NCBI GenBank assembly: GCA_950097015.1
Contig: CATNEN010000012.1
Span: 3,100,001 to 3,164,000, forward strand
DNA length: 64,000 nucleotides
From: Macrostomum hystrix
Taxonomy: Eukaryota > Animalia > Platyhelminthes
Direction of reading: 5' to 3'
Shown: piece after piece, positions 37,208 through 49,889 of the stretch
Position numbering within the stretch: the stretch's first letter is position 1
How the letters are laid out: every line of letters begins with the position of its first letter
Notes under the pieces: generated by a model
Told to the model about the DNA's origin: nothing
The model's input: the letters and a program-made list of their open reading frames with translations, nothing else
Database searches by the model: none
Program-made: the position numbers and the translations under genes

Positions 37208-38193
37208 TAGGGGTCCCAATCCCGGGATCCCGGGATCCCGGGATCCCCGGGATCCCGGCTTTTTGTTAGTGTTCGAGATCCCGGGATTAGGGGTCCGGGA
37301 TCCCGGTAAACACGGGATTGGAATTCACATGGCGATGGCCGATGGCCTAGATGGACACTGGGGTGACTGGGCCCACTGGCCCGGGCCACGCCGAACGCCC
37401 GCAACTAAGGAAAAGAAATGAGGCAGAAAAAGGGGGTGGGGTGGGGTGGGGACTGGGTTCTGCTGAGTCTGCGCCTCTGTGTGCGTGAGGTTGTCTGTGT
37501 TCGGGGCAGAGGCACCAGCGCAGCGTATGCAGTTCTAATTTCTAACCTTCTAATCCAAGGGGTGAGGAGGGTGTTGTTTAGTATGTATGTACAACTGTAC
37601 ATGGATAGTGAACACTGAACACTGCTGAACATCGCACAAGGATTAGAAAGCCAAGACTCATGAGTCATGACCTTGGGGTGGGTTATCCCTATAAAATTTA
37701 ACTTGTATAGAAATGATAAACAACTGGAAGGAAACTGGCAGTGGCAACGCAAGCAATACATTTTTTTGAATCAACGATACGATAAAAAAGAGCCCACTTT
37801 GCTGACCACAAAAAGTAGCTTGCGTGCTGACTGCTATAGTGTCAAATCAAATGTCAATTCTATGTACTTGGAAATGGAAATATGGATGGAAATATATTGC
37901 ATCGAATCCATCGATGGAAGGAAGGAATGTGACAATTGTGACAACAAGAAATAAGTGACCAAGGATAAGTGATATGAACTATCTTTAACTCTTTTATCAA
38001 TGCAGTGTAAGCTGGAAAGTAGAAAGAAACCCAAATGATGCTCAATTGGTTGAGAAATTTGTTTTTTTGGACAATGGAAAGCTTCCGGTAAATTTGTTTG
38101 TTCAATCCCGGGATTGGCCCGGGATCCCGGGATTGGGTCATTTTTTTGTCCGGGATCCCGGGATTGTAAAATGTCCGGGATTTGGGACCCCTA
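37208..38193. mobile_element. Non-autonomous hAT element (986 bp) inserted in the 17-bp minisatellite
   Basis: Termini TAGGGGTCCCAATCCCGG and CCGGGATTTGGGACCCCTA. Perfect 8-bp TSD CTCTCTAG at 37200-37207 and 38194-38201. Subterminal CCCGGGAT repeats at both ends. Confidence 0.92.
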
Positions 38194-39005
38194 CTCTCTA
38201 GTGTATTATCTCTCCCCGGTCTTATGTCTCCCCGGTCTTATGTCTCCGGGGAAAAAGGAAGTGATAAATAGCTATTGAAAGTGTTTTTCAGCAGCATTTC
38301 CTCCAGGGGACAAGCGGCTTATTGGGGGGGCATTCTAATGCGTTTCAGTCTATATTTAGATTTCTCTATGTTCTTGTACGCTAGCTGCAGTTGATAAGGT
38401 CCTCAATCTTAACTCAATCATCCCAGCCAGTCCCCCAAATCCCAGAAGATTTCAAATTTCGAATTTAATGGCTGTTTAAGTAGTGGCAACAATCACAGAT
38501 AAATTTTTCTAATAATGGACAGTGCGACAGTGTAGGCAAGTACGTAGAGCTACCCATCGATTAGTAGATGTTGTGCACAAGTTCAGAGCACATTCGCTAC
38601 GGTGACCCCCAGCTGTTCCTGTGAAGCCAGTCTCTGCTATTTAATCACTAATCCATGCGTGGCAGTCTGGGGCGCACGCGCTTATCCCTTATTAATTAGC
38701 CAATGGATTCAACATGCAACAAGCCGTCTGCGAAATCTACTGATTTAAACTGATGGCTTTGTGGATTACGAGTATTTACCTGCTTCTAACTGAAGATTAT
38801 TGGGATTTCATTGGACGGGTCGCAGTTTGAGTTGGAAAGCAGATTAAAATAATGTAAAACTGGGCGGGCTGGGTCTGAAAGCGAGGTCTGTTTAAATCAA
38901 GTAAAGGACGCAAAAAAATTGAAAATTACTTTGAACTTTTAACTGCCACGCCCTAATATCTGTGAGCTGATATAAGGAAAATACATAGAGACAAGATCAA
39001 CTCAG

Positions 39006-39775
39006 TGTCAGTCAGTGAGCTCATGTTCTGTCAGTCAGTGAGCTCATGTTCTGTCAGTTAGTTGATGTTCTGTCAGTCAGTGAGCTCATGTTCTGTCAGT
39101 GAGCTCATGTTCTGTCAGTCAGTGAGCTCATGTTCTGTCAGTCAGTGAGCTCATGTTCTGTCAGTCAGTGAGCTCATGTTCTGTCAGTCAGTGAGCTCAT
39201 GTTCTGTCAGTCAATGAGCTCATGTTCTGTCAGTCAGTGAGCTCATGTTCTGTCAGTCAGTGAGCTCATGTTCTGTCAGTCAGTGAGTTCATGTTCTGTC
39301 AGTCAGTGAGCTCATGTTCTGTCAGTCAATGAGCTCATGTTCTGTCTGTCAGTGAGCTCATGTTCTGTCAGTCAATGAGCTCATGTTCTGTCAGTCAGTG
39401 AGCTCATGTTCTGTCAGTCAATGAGCTCATGTTCTGTCAGTCAGTGAGCTCATGTTCTGTCAGTCAATGAGCTCATGTTCTGTCAGTCAGTGAGCTCATG
39501 TTCTGTCAGTCAGTGAGCTCATGTTCTGTCAGTCAGTGAGCTCATGTTCTGTCAGTCAGTGAGCTCATGTTCTGTCAGTCAGTGAGCTCATGTTCTGTCA
39601 GTCAGTGAGCTCATGTTCTGTCAGTCAATGAGCTCATGTTCTGTCAGTCAGTGAGCTCATGTTCTGTCAGTCAGTGAGCTCATGTTCTGTCAGTCAGTGA
39701 GCTCATGTTCTGTCAGTGAGTTGACGTTCTGTCAGTCAATGAGCTCATGTTCTGTCAGTCAGTGAGCTGATGTTC
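39006..39775 (+). repeat. 23-bp minisatellite (TCAGTCAGTGAGCTCATGTTCTG)
   Basis: Read directly. Confidence 0.96.
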
Positions 39776-40957
39776 ATGATGTTCAGAATGGGAAATGGGA
39801 GATAAAAGTCCTGAAGCTGGGGTATTGGGAAGGCCAAACTGGTGATTTTCTTACTAGAATTAGCCAAGCCGCTATGAAGGGCAGTAAATTAAAACAAACA
39901 GCTGTCCCCAGGCCAGGGCACCCTGTTTTGCGGCGCACAATCCATTCAGTTTTATCGCATCCGGCATGCGAACCGCCCGGGTTGCACTTTTGACAAACCT
40001 TCTAATTGCTCGCTTGAGCCGGAACCAGAGCACTTTCTGGAGCCGGAATTCGCATGTAAACAATAATATCGCATTATCTATTTATATGGCTTGCCTTTGT
40101 TTGCTTTTCTTTAGCTCAACAATTGTCCCCTATTTCATTGTCTCGCATGCTTCTCCCACCACTGGATAAATATGAGGCATTCCTAATTTGAGGAGATTAT
40201 AGGCGTGATTCTCTAGGGTTTAATCGCATTTGTGAGGGAATTCCAATGAAATCATACGTTCTACTTTTTACTAGCCGATATGTATTGAAAAAGTCAAACT
40301 TTCTCACATTTGGAGGCTCACGATATTGGTACCTACACTTAAGGCAGAAGCTATGATGAAGAGTTTAGAGGGATAAATAGGAGTAGTTTAGTGCAGCTAT
40401 TCTCAGAAATTAATTGGAGGCGGTCGCTCACGAAGTGGACCCTGCCTTCAAGCGCTCTCAAGAACGCTGCTCGACAGATAATGAAATGCAGTGTGATTTG
40501 GGCTCAGACAGACAAACTGCCAATACAGAAGTCAAGCGTCGACTTTAATTTTAATCTCTAAAAAGTACATCCTCTCTAGAGACAGAGAACGTTTAGATTT
40601 GGTATGTAGGCATAGACAGCTCCCGACTGAAGCATACTAGGCATTTGTATATAGCTCTCAAAGCCAGCACCCAGGTGGTTGTCTGTGACTCTCAGAATCT
40701 ACTTAACAAGCTGGTCCCGAGTCTGCGCTTCAGGCAGCATTTAGCTCCATGTGGAGGACGCTTCGAGAGGCTTTGTGAGCTGGTTTGAGCGAAGGCCATA
40801 GGCTGCCAGTCGCAGCCAACGGCGGGCCGCTGGATATTGTAAGGCGCCCAGCCGCAGCTGCCCTGCGTACAGTTATAAACTTAAGTGCTCCATAGATATC
40901 TCTCCGTTTACACCTGATCATCAGCCTGACTGCGACAGTCAAGAATAACAGACTGCG

Positions 40958-43290
40958 ATGCCATTGCACCTGGAGGACTACGAGATCGAGCTGTACTCCA
41001 CCATCGGAGAATACCGCGCCCACAAATGGCTCAACTGGGTTGCTAGCCCAGCTCTGTTTAGCATTGGCACAGCTGGGAATGTTCTGCTCATCTGGCTGCT
41101 GCTGCCTAATTGTCGAGCAACGGCCACCTACCGCTATCTGGTACTGCTGGGCCTCCTGGACCAGATGGTCCTGACCTCCGGCCTGCTGAGCCGCTGGCTG
41201 CAGCATGCGTTCGGCTTCAGTCTGGAGCGCACCGGGCCTGCGGCCTGCCTGGCCAACAAGTTCGTCAGCTACTTCTCCAGCACCTGCTCGGCACTGCTCA
41301 TCTGCGTCGTGTCGCTGGAGCGGGCGATGGCGGTGCACAGTCCGTTGCGCGCCGCCCGCATGCAGTCTAGCCGGCGACTGCGGCTGGTCATGTCCGGCGT
41401 GGTGGTCTTCAGCCTGCTGGCCAACAGTCACTGGCTGTTCATCCTGGATCATTTCCACCTGACCAACAGCGACGACAACGCCACCGCAGACTGGGCGAAT
41501 CGAACCAACGCCAGCGGAGGAGACATTGTCGACGCTTTTCCCATGTGCGACATTCGCGAGTCGGCCAAACACTTGAGCAGTGTTCTCAGCGTAGCCGATG
41601 CTGTGCTCTACTCGGTGCTGCCGCTGATCGTCATCTTCGCCTGCAACGCTGCCACAGTGGCCAAACTGCGCCGCGCTCGGATTCGGCGAATGCGCCAGCT
41701 GAGCGCAGTCGGGCTCGATGACAGCTGCCAGGCTTCCTGCAGCGCCGCTGTCACCGTCAAGTACGGCGTCTCGCCCGACCTGCTGCAACTCAGGAGCGCA
41801 GGTGATGATCTTTGTAGCGAGTTCGTTGTCAAAAAGGCGTAACTTTTTCGAGTGCGTTAACTGTCATTGTTGTTGATGCCACCGGGAGCTTCTAACGGGG
41901 ATTTGGGAGGGCGTGAGTAGCAGAGCTATATAGGAGTCTTTTACAGGAGTCGAATGTGTGTGTGACCAGCCGACTGATGCGGTCTAACGCGTTTGCCTCT
42001 CGCACCAATGTCCCTAAGCTCGATTCCGCGGCGAGGCCACATTCAATCGGGGCTCAGCCGCGGAGAGAAGGCTTGGGGGCTAGTCGTGCAATTTACGTCC
42101 TTTAGGGCCAATCTCCAAAGCACAGGGAAGTGTACACTGCCTGACGAGGAGAAAGTCAGGGCAGATGTACACACCTGTGTGAGCGTTATGCCTGCGTACG
42201 GTTTTCTGTGTGCGTGTGCTCTGGAGTCAGCGAAATGGGCAGAATAGCCTCCTCGCTGGCTGCGAATCTAAGGGGATTTGGGGGTGCAAACGGGGATTTG
42301 GGGACTGCTAACGGGGATTTGGGGGACTGCTAACGGGGATTTGGGGGACTGCTAACGGGGATTTGGGGGACTGCTAACGGGGATTTGGGGACTGCTAACG
42401 GGGATTTGGGGACTGCTAACGGGGATTTGGGGACTGCTAACGGGGATTTGGGGTGCAAACGGGGATTTGGGGACTGCTAACGGGGATTTGGGGGCTCCTA
42501 ACGGGGATTTGGGGGACTGCTAACGGGGATTTGGGGACTCCTAACGGGGATTTGGGGGACTGCTAACGGTGATTTGGGGGACTGCTAACGGGGATTTGGG
42601 GGACTGGCGCTACCAGGCTGGCAAAAAGCGAAATTGTTAATTGATCCACTGTCCTATAAATTCTTATCATGGACCAATGACTTTCAGAACCGACAATGCC
42701 ACTGTCAGGCAATGCCAGATTCAGAGCAATACGGTAAATGAGACCAATAGATGTAAGCAAAACAGAAAAGGCAGCACAAAATAAAAAGGTCTGGCTGATT
42801 GCCATAGTGCTTGCTGCCTCATTAAAAGGCAGAATTTTCAAAGGAAAGAGAAGATGAAAGCGGTAAAGAGGGGCAGCCAACTCATATTTTGCCTTCTGTG
42901 ACTGTGTTGGAGACCAGGCAAAGTCATTGGGAAGGCAATGAGCTAAAAAATATATCCTTTACCTGACAGACGCATTATGTGTCTCATTAGCTTTTCAATT
43001 ACACAGGAAACAAAGTGTATTTTTAGGATTGATACTTTCTCTAATTATTCACATCGAAATTCGTCTACAAAATCTTCAATTGGGCTTTCAGTTCTTCTTT
43101 ATAATCAAGTCGGACATTCGTCTTTGATGCCATTAAAACCTGATTTTTTCTAATCTGACCGACAAGTGCGAGACAGCAGCCACTCTGAAAATATTCTCTG
43201 CTAAAATTGTATTTTTTTAAGTCGGAAAACTCTGCCGAAATTGTTTGTAACTGAGAGTGAGAGAAAATTCAATGAGAGAGAGTGAGAGTG

Positions 43291-43326
<36 letters not shown>

Positions 43327-43705
43327 GGAGTGAGAGTGAGAGTGATAGTGAGAGTGAGAGTGAGATTGAGAGTGAGAGTGGGAGTGAGAGTGATAGTGAG
43401 AGTGAGAGTGAGATTGAGAGTGAGAGTGGGAGTGAGAGTGAGAGTGAGAGTGAGAGTGGGAGTGAGAGTGAGAGTGATAGTGAGAGTGAGAGTGAGATTG
43501 AGAGTGAGAGTGGGAGTGAGAGTGATAGTGAGAGTGAGAGTGAGATTGAGAGTGAGAGTGGGAGTGAGAGAGAGAGTGAGAGTGAGAGTGGGAGTGAGAT
43601 TGAGATTGAGAGTGAGAGTGGGAGTGAGATTGAGAGTGAGAGTGGGAGTGAGAGTGAGGGTGAGAGTGGGAGTGGGAGTGAGAGTGAGAGAGAGTGAGAG
43701 TGAGA

Positions 43706-43736
<31 letters not shown>

Positions 43737-43787
43737 GGAGTGAGAGTGAGAGTGGGAGTGAGAGTGGGAGTGAGAGTGGGAGTGAGA

Positions 43788-43818
<31 letters not shown>

Positions 43819-43934
43819 GGAGTGAGAGTGAGAGTGAGAGTGAGAGTGGGAGTGGAAGTGAGAGTGAGAGAGTGAGAGTGAGAGTGAGAGTGGGAGTGGG
43901 AGTGAGAGTGGGAGTGAGAGTGAGAGTGAGAGTG

Positions 43935-43976
<42 letters not shown>

Positions 43977-43986
43977 GGAGTGAGAT

Positions 43987-44018
<32 letters not shown>

Positions 44019-44137
44019 GGAGTGAGATTGAGAGTGAGATTGAGAGTGAGAGTGGGAGTGAGAGAGAGTGAGAGTGAGATTGAGAGTGAGATTGAGAGTG
44101 AGAGTGAGAGTGGGAGTGAGAGAGAGTGAGAGTGAGA

Positions 44138-44168
<31 letters not shown>

Positions 44169-44254
44169 GGAGTGAGAGTGAGAGTGGGAGTGAGAGTGGG
44201 AGTGAGAGTGGGAGTGAGAGAGAGAGTGAGAGTGAGAGTGAGGGTGAGAGTGGG

Positions 44255-44288
<34 letters not shown>

Positions 44289-45300
44289 GGAGTGAGAGTG
44301 AGAGAGAGGGAGTCAGGGTGAGAGACTGATGTGAGTAGGAGTAAGTGTGGAAGTGAGGGACAGCTATAGTTGCTGAGTGATAAGGGAAAAGATTTGAGAT
44401 AGCCATAGCTTAAGTACACGTAAATTTTGATAAATATAAACCCTTCAAATGTGTTTTTCCTGACAGGGGTCTTCCATGATATTCACTCGCCTCCGTCCGC
44501 ACCTCACGCACGCAGACAAGCGGTTGGCCAAGGTAGCCGCGGCCGCGGCTTCGTCAGTTCCGCTGAACGACAGCAGCAGCGGCAGCGGCTGCCGAATTCG
44601 CGAGCTGCCGAGTTGCAACCCCAGCGTCTGCGGCGGCGGCGGCGTCGTCAGCGGAGGTCGCGGCGGCAACAACTGCCTGACGCGAAGTCAGCTGCAGCGC
44701 AGGGCCAGTGTTCAGCAGGTGACCGTGCTTCTGTTGTCAATCTCCACCTTCTATTTGGTGGCCTCGCTGCCGGTGGCTCTGCTGAAGATTCTCACCACAA
44801 TCTCCGGCGCCATCGATATGGCGGCCGTGAACTCTGATTATCGTCTGTACTCACAGTACCGGCTGGCTGAGACCATCACCTACCTGTGTATGTACTCCAA
44901 TCACGCCGTGAACTTCTTTCTCTATTGCGCTTCCGGGCAACGCATTCGAGCCGAACTCCGGGCGCGACTGACCAGGCTCTGCTTCTCCTGCTGCGAGCGT
45001 CGGCGAAGTCGGCGACAGCAGCGGCGGGGGCATCAGAGAAAATTCTTCTTCCGCGAAGGTCCCGGCAATTGCACGCCGCAGCGGTTGCAGTGCCAGGAGC
45101 TTCAGGAGCTGCGGGAGCTGAATGACAAGGAGGAACAGCTGCACGAGATGGAGCAGCAGGAGCGCTTGCTTCCCGCAGGCGACACTGGGCGGAATGGCTT
45201 CGCTGCGGCCTCGAAGCAGCCGAAGGTGCCGACATCCTGCAGAATGTACCGGTCGCCTCCGTTTGAAGTTTTCCCCAGAGAATGCAACTACAGTGTCTGA
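40958..45300 (+). CDS. Class A peptide GPCR (FMRFamide-receptor-like orphan family), two exons 40958-41801 and 44516-45300, ~542 aa
   Basis: TM1 GTAGNVLL; TM2 YLVLLGLLD; TM3 [20 protein letters not shown]; TM5 [13 protein letters not shown]; TM6 [18 protein letters not shown]; TM7 [15 protein letters not shown] phase-1 donor (G|GTGATG, 41802) matches a phase-1 acceptor (cgcag|AC, 44515). The exact acceptor is inferred. Confidence 0.88.
42271..42604 (+). repeat. 21/22-bp G-rich intronic minisatellite (CTAACGGGGATTTGGGGACTG)
   Basis: Read directly. Confidence 0.95.
43252..44326 (+). repeat. (GAGAGT)n-type hexamer microsatellite in the GPCR intron
   Basis: Read directly. It produces the spurious SE, RV, SL and SH ORFs. 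Confidence 0.97.
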
Positions 45301-45434
45301 GGTGTCTGTTGCAGCAGTGTGTGAGGTGTCTGTTGCAGCAGTGTGTGAGGTGTCTGTTGCAGCAGTGTGTGAGGTGTCTGTTGCAGCAGTGTGTGAGGTG
45401 TCTGTTGCAGCAGTGTGTGAGGTGTCTGTTGCAG
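45290..45434 (+). repeat. 24-bp tandem repeat overlapping the GPCR stop codon
   Basis: CAGTGT(C/G)TGAGGTGTCTGTTGCAG, about 6 copies. Confidence 0.9.
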
Positions 45435-46174
45435 ATGTATGATGTGTGAATTCGCAGTACACGGTGTAAAAGTGCATCAGGCCCTGGAATTATACTGCAA
45501 GTAGTATGTAGTTGACTATCATTAATGCTCGATTGGCTTTGCTCTGATTGGCTCAGCCCTTTGGGGGGGTCTGTCGCGTTATAGTACAAGACTGGTGTCT
45601 GCTGTACAATGCTTAAAATACAACTGACAAATATTTCCCTTTGTATTGCTAAATAGGCTTGACAAATCCCATGCCAACTCACTCGCTGTGTTTTAGTTAT
45701 TTTTATTCACTATGATAGACTTTGATTTCTATTGTTTTTTCGATGCGAATAAAAAAAACTATTTCTGATTGACTACCTTCGGATAGGAAATAAGGTGACA
45801 ACCACGCCCTCGGCTTAGACCTTTGAGCAGTGACATGTATCGGATCAGCGATTTGAAATGTGATATCGATTGAGTGGACAGGCTAACATGGCGCCAGGGG
45901 GGGGCGAGAGATAAGAGCGATAGAAACGAAGGATTAGAGTCCCGTGGGCGTGTCAGCTGATTCCTATATAATACAGACAATGTGTCTGTCGCACTGCAGA
46001 ATAATACAAATGAGTATCTGCTAGCATAGTATGTTTGTGCTCAGTCACCACACGCACGCAGAAAACTTGTAAAAGATTGCTTCATAGACAGAGCGGTACA
46101 AACCGTTGATAGAGGTGAGATACATGCTTCTGTATTTACTTAATACAATTTCCGTGTGATTAAAAATCCTAGCA

Positions 46175-47030
46175 AGTCCCATCCCCATGACTCACTGCAA
46201 CAAGTCACAGCTAGTCCCATCCCCATGAGTCACTGCAACAAGTCACAGCTAGTCCCATCCCCATGAGTCACTGCAACAAGTCACAGCTAGTCACATCCCC
46301 ATGACTCACTGCAACAAGTCACAGCTAGTCACATCCCCATGAGTCACTGCAACAAGTCACAGCTAGTCCCATCCCCATGACTCACTGCAACTAGTCACAG
46401 CTAGTCCCATCCCCATGAGTCACTGCAACAAGTCACAGCTAGTCCCATCCCCATGACTCACTGCAACTAGTCACAGCTAGTCCCATCCCCATGAGTCACT
46501 GCAACAAGTCACAGCTAGTCCCATCCCCATGAGTCACTGCAACAAGTCACAGCTAGTCCCATCCCCATGACTCACTGCAACTAGTCACAGCTAGTCCCAT
46601 CCCCATGAGTCACTGCAACAAGTCACAGCTAGTCCCATCCCCATGAGTCACTGCAACAAGTCACAGCTAGTCACATCCCCATGACTCACTGCAACAAGTC
46701 ACAGCTAGTCCCATCCCCATGACTCACTGCAACAAGTCACAGCTAGTCACATCCCCATGAGTCACTGCAACAAGTCACAGCTAGTCCTATCCCCATGAGT
46801 CACTGCAACAAGTCACAGCTAGTCCCATCCCCATGAGTCACTGCAACAAGTCACAGCTAGTCCCATCCCCATGAGTCACTGCAACAAGTCACAGCTAGTC
46901 CCATCCCCATGACTCACTGCAACTAGTCACAGCTAGTCCCATCCCCATGAGTCACTGCAACTAGTCCCATCCCCATGAGTCACTGCAACTAGTCCCATCC
47001 CCATGAGTCACTGCAAATAGTCCCATCCCA
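46175..47030 (+). repeat. 38-bp minisatellite (CTAGTCCCATCCCCATGAGTCACTGCAACAAGTCACAG)
   Basis: Read directly. Confidence 0.96.
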
Positions 47031-47825
47031 TGAGCCACTCACTTATTCCTAGGATTTCCGCATTCTCTAGGATGGAGGAATGCTAATTATATTCCTAATT
47101 TATTAATATTTTTTATGGAACTTGTAAACGATAAATCATTTATTTGCGCCCTTGTCGACGTCATGATGAAAATACAGATAAAAGTCCCATTTTTACTATA
47201 TTCTCGTAGTTATAGTAATACCCGAGGTGGTAGACGGGCTTGGAAATTATTCTTAATCGCCAAACAGATTGCATAGAGACGACAGAACTGGGAAGCCGGT
47301 AGCCTTGTGATAAAAGTACGGCCCAGCCTGGAATGCAATTATTAGCACCACCCCACCCTCCGCGAGTGGCGGTCGGCAAACTCGAAAACAAAAAAAACTG
47401 CCCGCCTGTTCTGGTTGGAACTATTTTTGGAAATGGGTAAAGACATAGTTAACACAGACTGGCGGCAGATAGAGTCAGTGACCGTTTTGCTGCTATCCAG
47501 CTGATTGCTTTCTCGACACTCCGTCTTCCTCCATTCCATTCCTTGTTCCAGTTGACAGGGACTTCTTAAGGACAATTAATAAATGATTTGTTAGAAACTG
47601 ACAAAGTCGAATATTTTGTTAAGCATGAAAACATTTTCACAAAAAGGATATTTTGATTCAGGTCAGATAGAAATACTGAAAGATAGGCATAGTTAGAAAA
47701 ATTACACTCGTAGTAAAAACTTGGTAAAAAGTAGTCAAAAAAATCGACAAATTGAAAATAGACATATAAACAAACAGTCAGATAAACAAATATACTGATA
47801 AACAATGAGACAAAACAAACTGTAA

Positions 47826-47982
47826 AATAAACGAAACATTCAGATAAACAAAACATTTAGGAAAAAAACATTCAGATGAACAAAACATTCAGATAAACAA
47901 ACAATTCAGATAAACGAAACATTCAGATAAACAAGACATTCAGATAAACAAACAATTCAGATAAACAAAACATTCAGATAAA
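47826..47982 (+). repeat. ~17-bp A-rich repeat (CATTCAGATAAACAAAA)
   Basis: Read directly; degenerate. Confidence 0.8.
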
Positions 47983-48039
47983 GACTTAATTAAGCAGAAA
48001 AGTCACATTAACAAACAGACGGACAGACAAAGAGTAGGA

Positions 48040-48273
48040 ATGCTCTTTCCGAAGCAGAAGTCAAAAACGGCGGACTCGACCGGCGGCTCCGAGCAGAGGA
48101 GTCAGGAAGACAGTCTCGCACGTCGATTTGGTCGCAAGGCTGTCCGGTTAATGACTGTTGGGGCCTACCTGATGGCCATACTGTCTGCCTCGGTTGTCAT
48201 GGCCGTGTACTACTGCTGGATATGGTCGCCCAATTTCAGTAACATCACCGAAGCAGATTCCAGTTTGCCTTGA
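48040..48273 (+). CDS. inaF: InaF-motif single-pass microprotein, 77 aa
   Basis: RKAVRLMTVGAYLMAILSASVVMAVYYCWIWSP matches the InaF motif (VRLxTVxAY...YYxxxWxP) of Drosophila InaF and vertebrate INAFM proteins, recognised from memory. Confidence 0.8.
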   Translation: MLFPKQKSKTADSTGGSEQRSQEDSLARRFGRKAVRLMTVGAYLMAILSASVVMAVYYCWIWSPNFSNITEADSSLP

Positions 48274-48589
48274 ATGATATAGATCCTGCATAATTCTGTC
48301 ACTTTCCGATGTGGATTTTGCTTGAACTCGATCGAAAACTGAAATCCATGCGCAGCCATCCTTCTTCTGTTGGTGTACATATGGCACTAATAGAAACGGG
48401 TATATAGACATAGATTAGCTTACAACTTCTCTAGACCGATCAGAATACTGGCCTCAGAAAATGCTCTAATGTATGAGCTGGTTCGAATTGCAGCTAATGT
48501 GAGACCTGGCCGCCTGAAAGCTTATCTCAGAGTAAATAAGCTTATCTCAGAGCATAATTATACCACACACCAACACCCAACTCACCCAC

Positions 48590-48925
48590 GCACCGCTCTA
48601 CACTCTCACCCCGTCCGCCCATTCCAACGTCTCTCAACGCCCCAAACCCTCACCCCGTCCGCCAATACCCACCTACCTCACTCAACGCCCCAAACCCTCA
48701 CCCCAATCTGCCCACACCCACCTACCTCACTCCACGCCCCAAACCCTCACCCCCGTCTGCCCACACCAACCTACCTCACTCTACGCCCCAAACCCTCACC
48801 CCCGTCTGCCCACACCCACCTACCCCACTCAACGCCCCAAACCTTCACCCCGTCCGCCAATACCCACCTCACTCCACGCGCCAAACCCTTACCCCGTCCG
48901 CCAACACCCACCTGACTCCACGCCC
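48590..48925 (+). repeat. Diverged ~44-48-bp C-rich tandem repeat
   Basis: CCCAAACCCTCACCCC.TC.GCC...ACCCACCT recurs. Confidence 0.8.
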
Positions 48926-49889
48926 GAAACTCCGTGGGAGCTTTTCACCCAAACTGATTGGGTGAAATAATTAGTCGCGCTTATGATGCCAAATGTAGAG
49001 CGTTTGGCTAATCTCAGTTCGTATTCAGATCTTGTGTAGATACGAGTATGTAGTTAAAAATAGCATTTTACGCTCTTACGAGTAGTTGATGAAATACATA
49101 CATACTATATGCGCATAAATATACTCGTAGTAAGTTTTTTGCTCAAAAATGTACTCTGTTTTACAAAACTTTTTGCACTAAACTAACGAGCAAAACTACA
49201 CTAGAAAAGTAAGACGACACTCGTATATTTTTTACTACGCAAAATATAATCGCTGTCTGACTCAGATCCAGAATTTACGAGACTTTGTTTTTGAAAATGT
49301 TCATATTTTATTTGATGTTTTTATCGCTGTCTGCCAGATGCCAAAAAAACTGATTCGCAGAGTTAACACGTCCCATGAGCAGAGCCTTGATAAACAGCTG
49401 CCCGCACTCACTAAACCTGTTGAGCAAGAGAGGCTGGATTAACGCTGGATTAGTTACTAGGCTGAGCTTCTTATGATGAGAGCAGGCGCTTAGTTTTTTG
49501 TGAGTTCATATTGCCCCGAATTCCGATAAGTGACTTTATTAGTTTAAAAACTTTCCCACTTGTCTGGAAATGAGATTAGCACAATTTTTTAATTGTCCCT
49601 TCAATTAATTTCCTTCTGCTTTAATGCGGGAAACTCCAGAAAGCAGCTCAATTAAATTTTATTGAGCTCCGCTGTACAGGCAATAAAGAGGGCCGCCTTG
49701 CATGTCAGTTAAATATTGTCTAATTCGATCAAGCACCAATAAATCAAAGTAGGAAAATACTTTCACTAATTAGATTTCTGCGTCTTACATACATTGCACA
49801 CTAAAAGTGTATTTTCCCCATGCTCGGTAGTATAATCTGCATTAAGCTTTTTGTAGTTATTTGCACTAACTACTTTCGCAGTTATACTA

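Noticed and set aside
44427-44515. Acceptor at 44466 or ATG at 44476 as the start of GPCR exon 2
   Set aside because: The phase-0 acceptor does not match the phase-1 donor at 41802, whereas the acceptor at 44515 does. Alternative use is not excluded.
46175-47030. Tandem AP-1 sites (TGAGTCA/TGACTCA) as an enhancer array
   Set aside because: The motif is simply part of the repeat unit, with no functional evidence from sequence alone.
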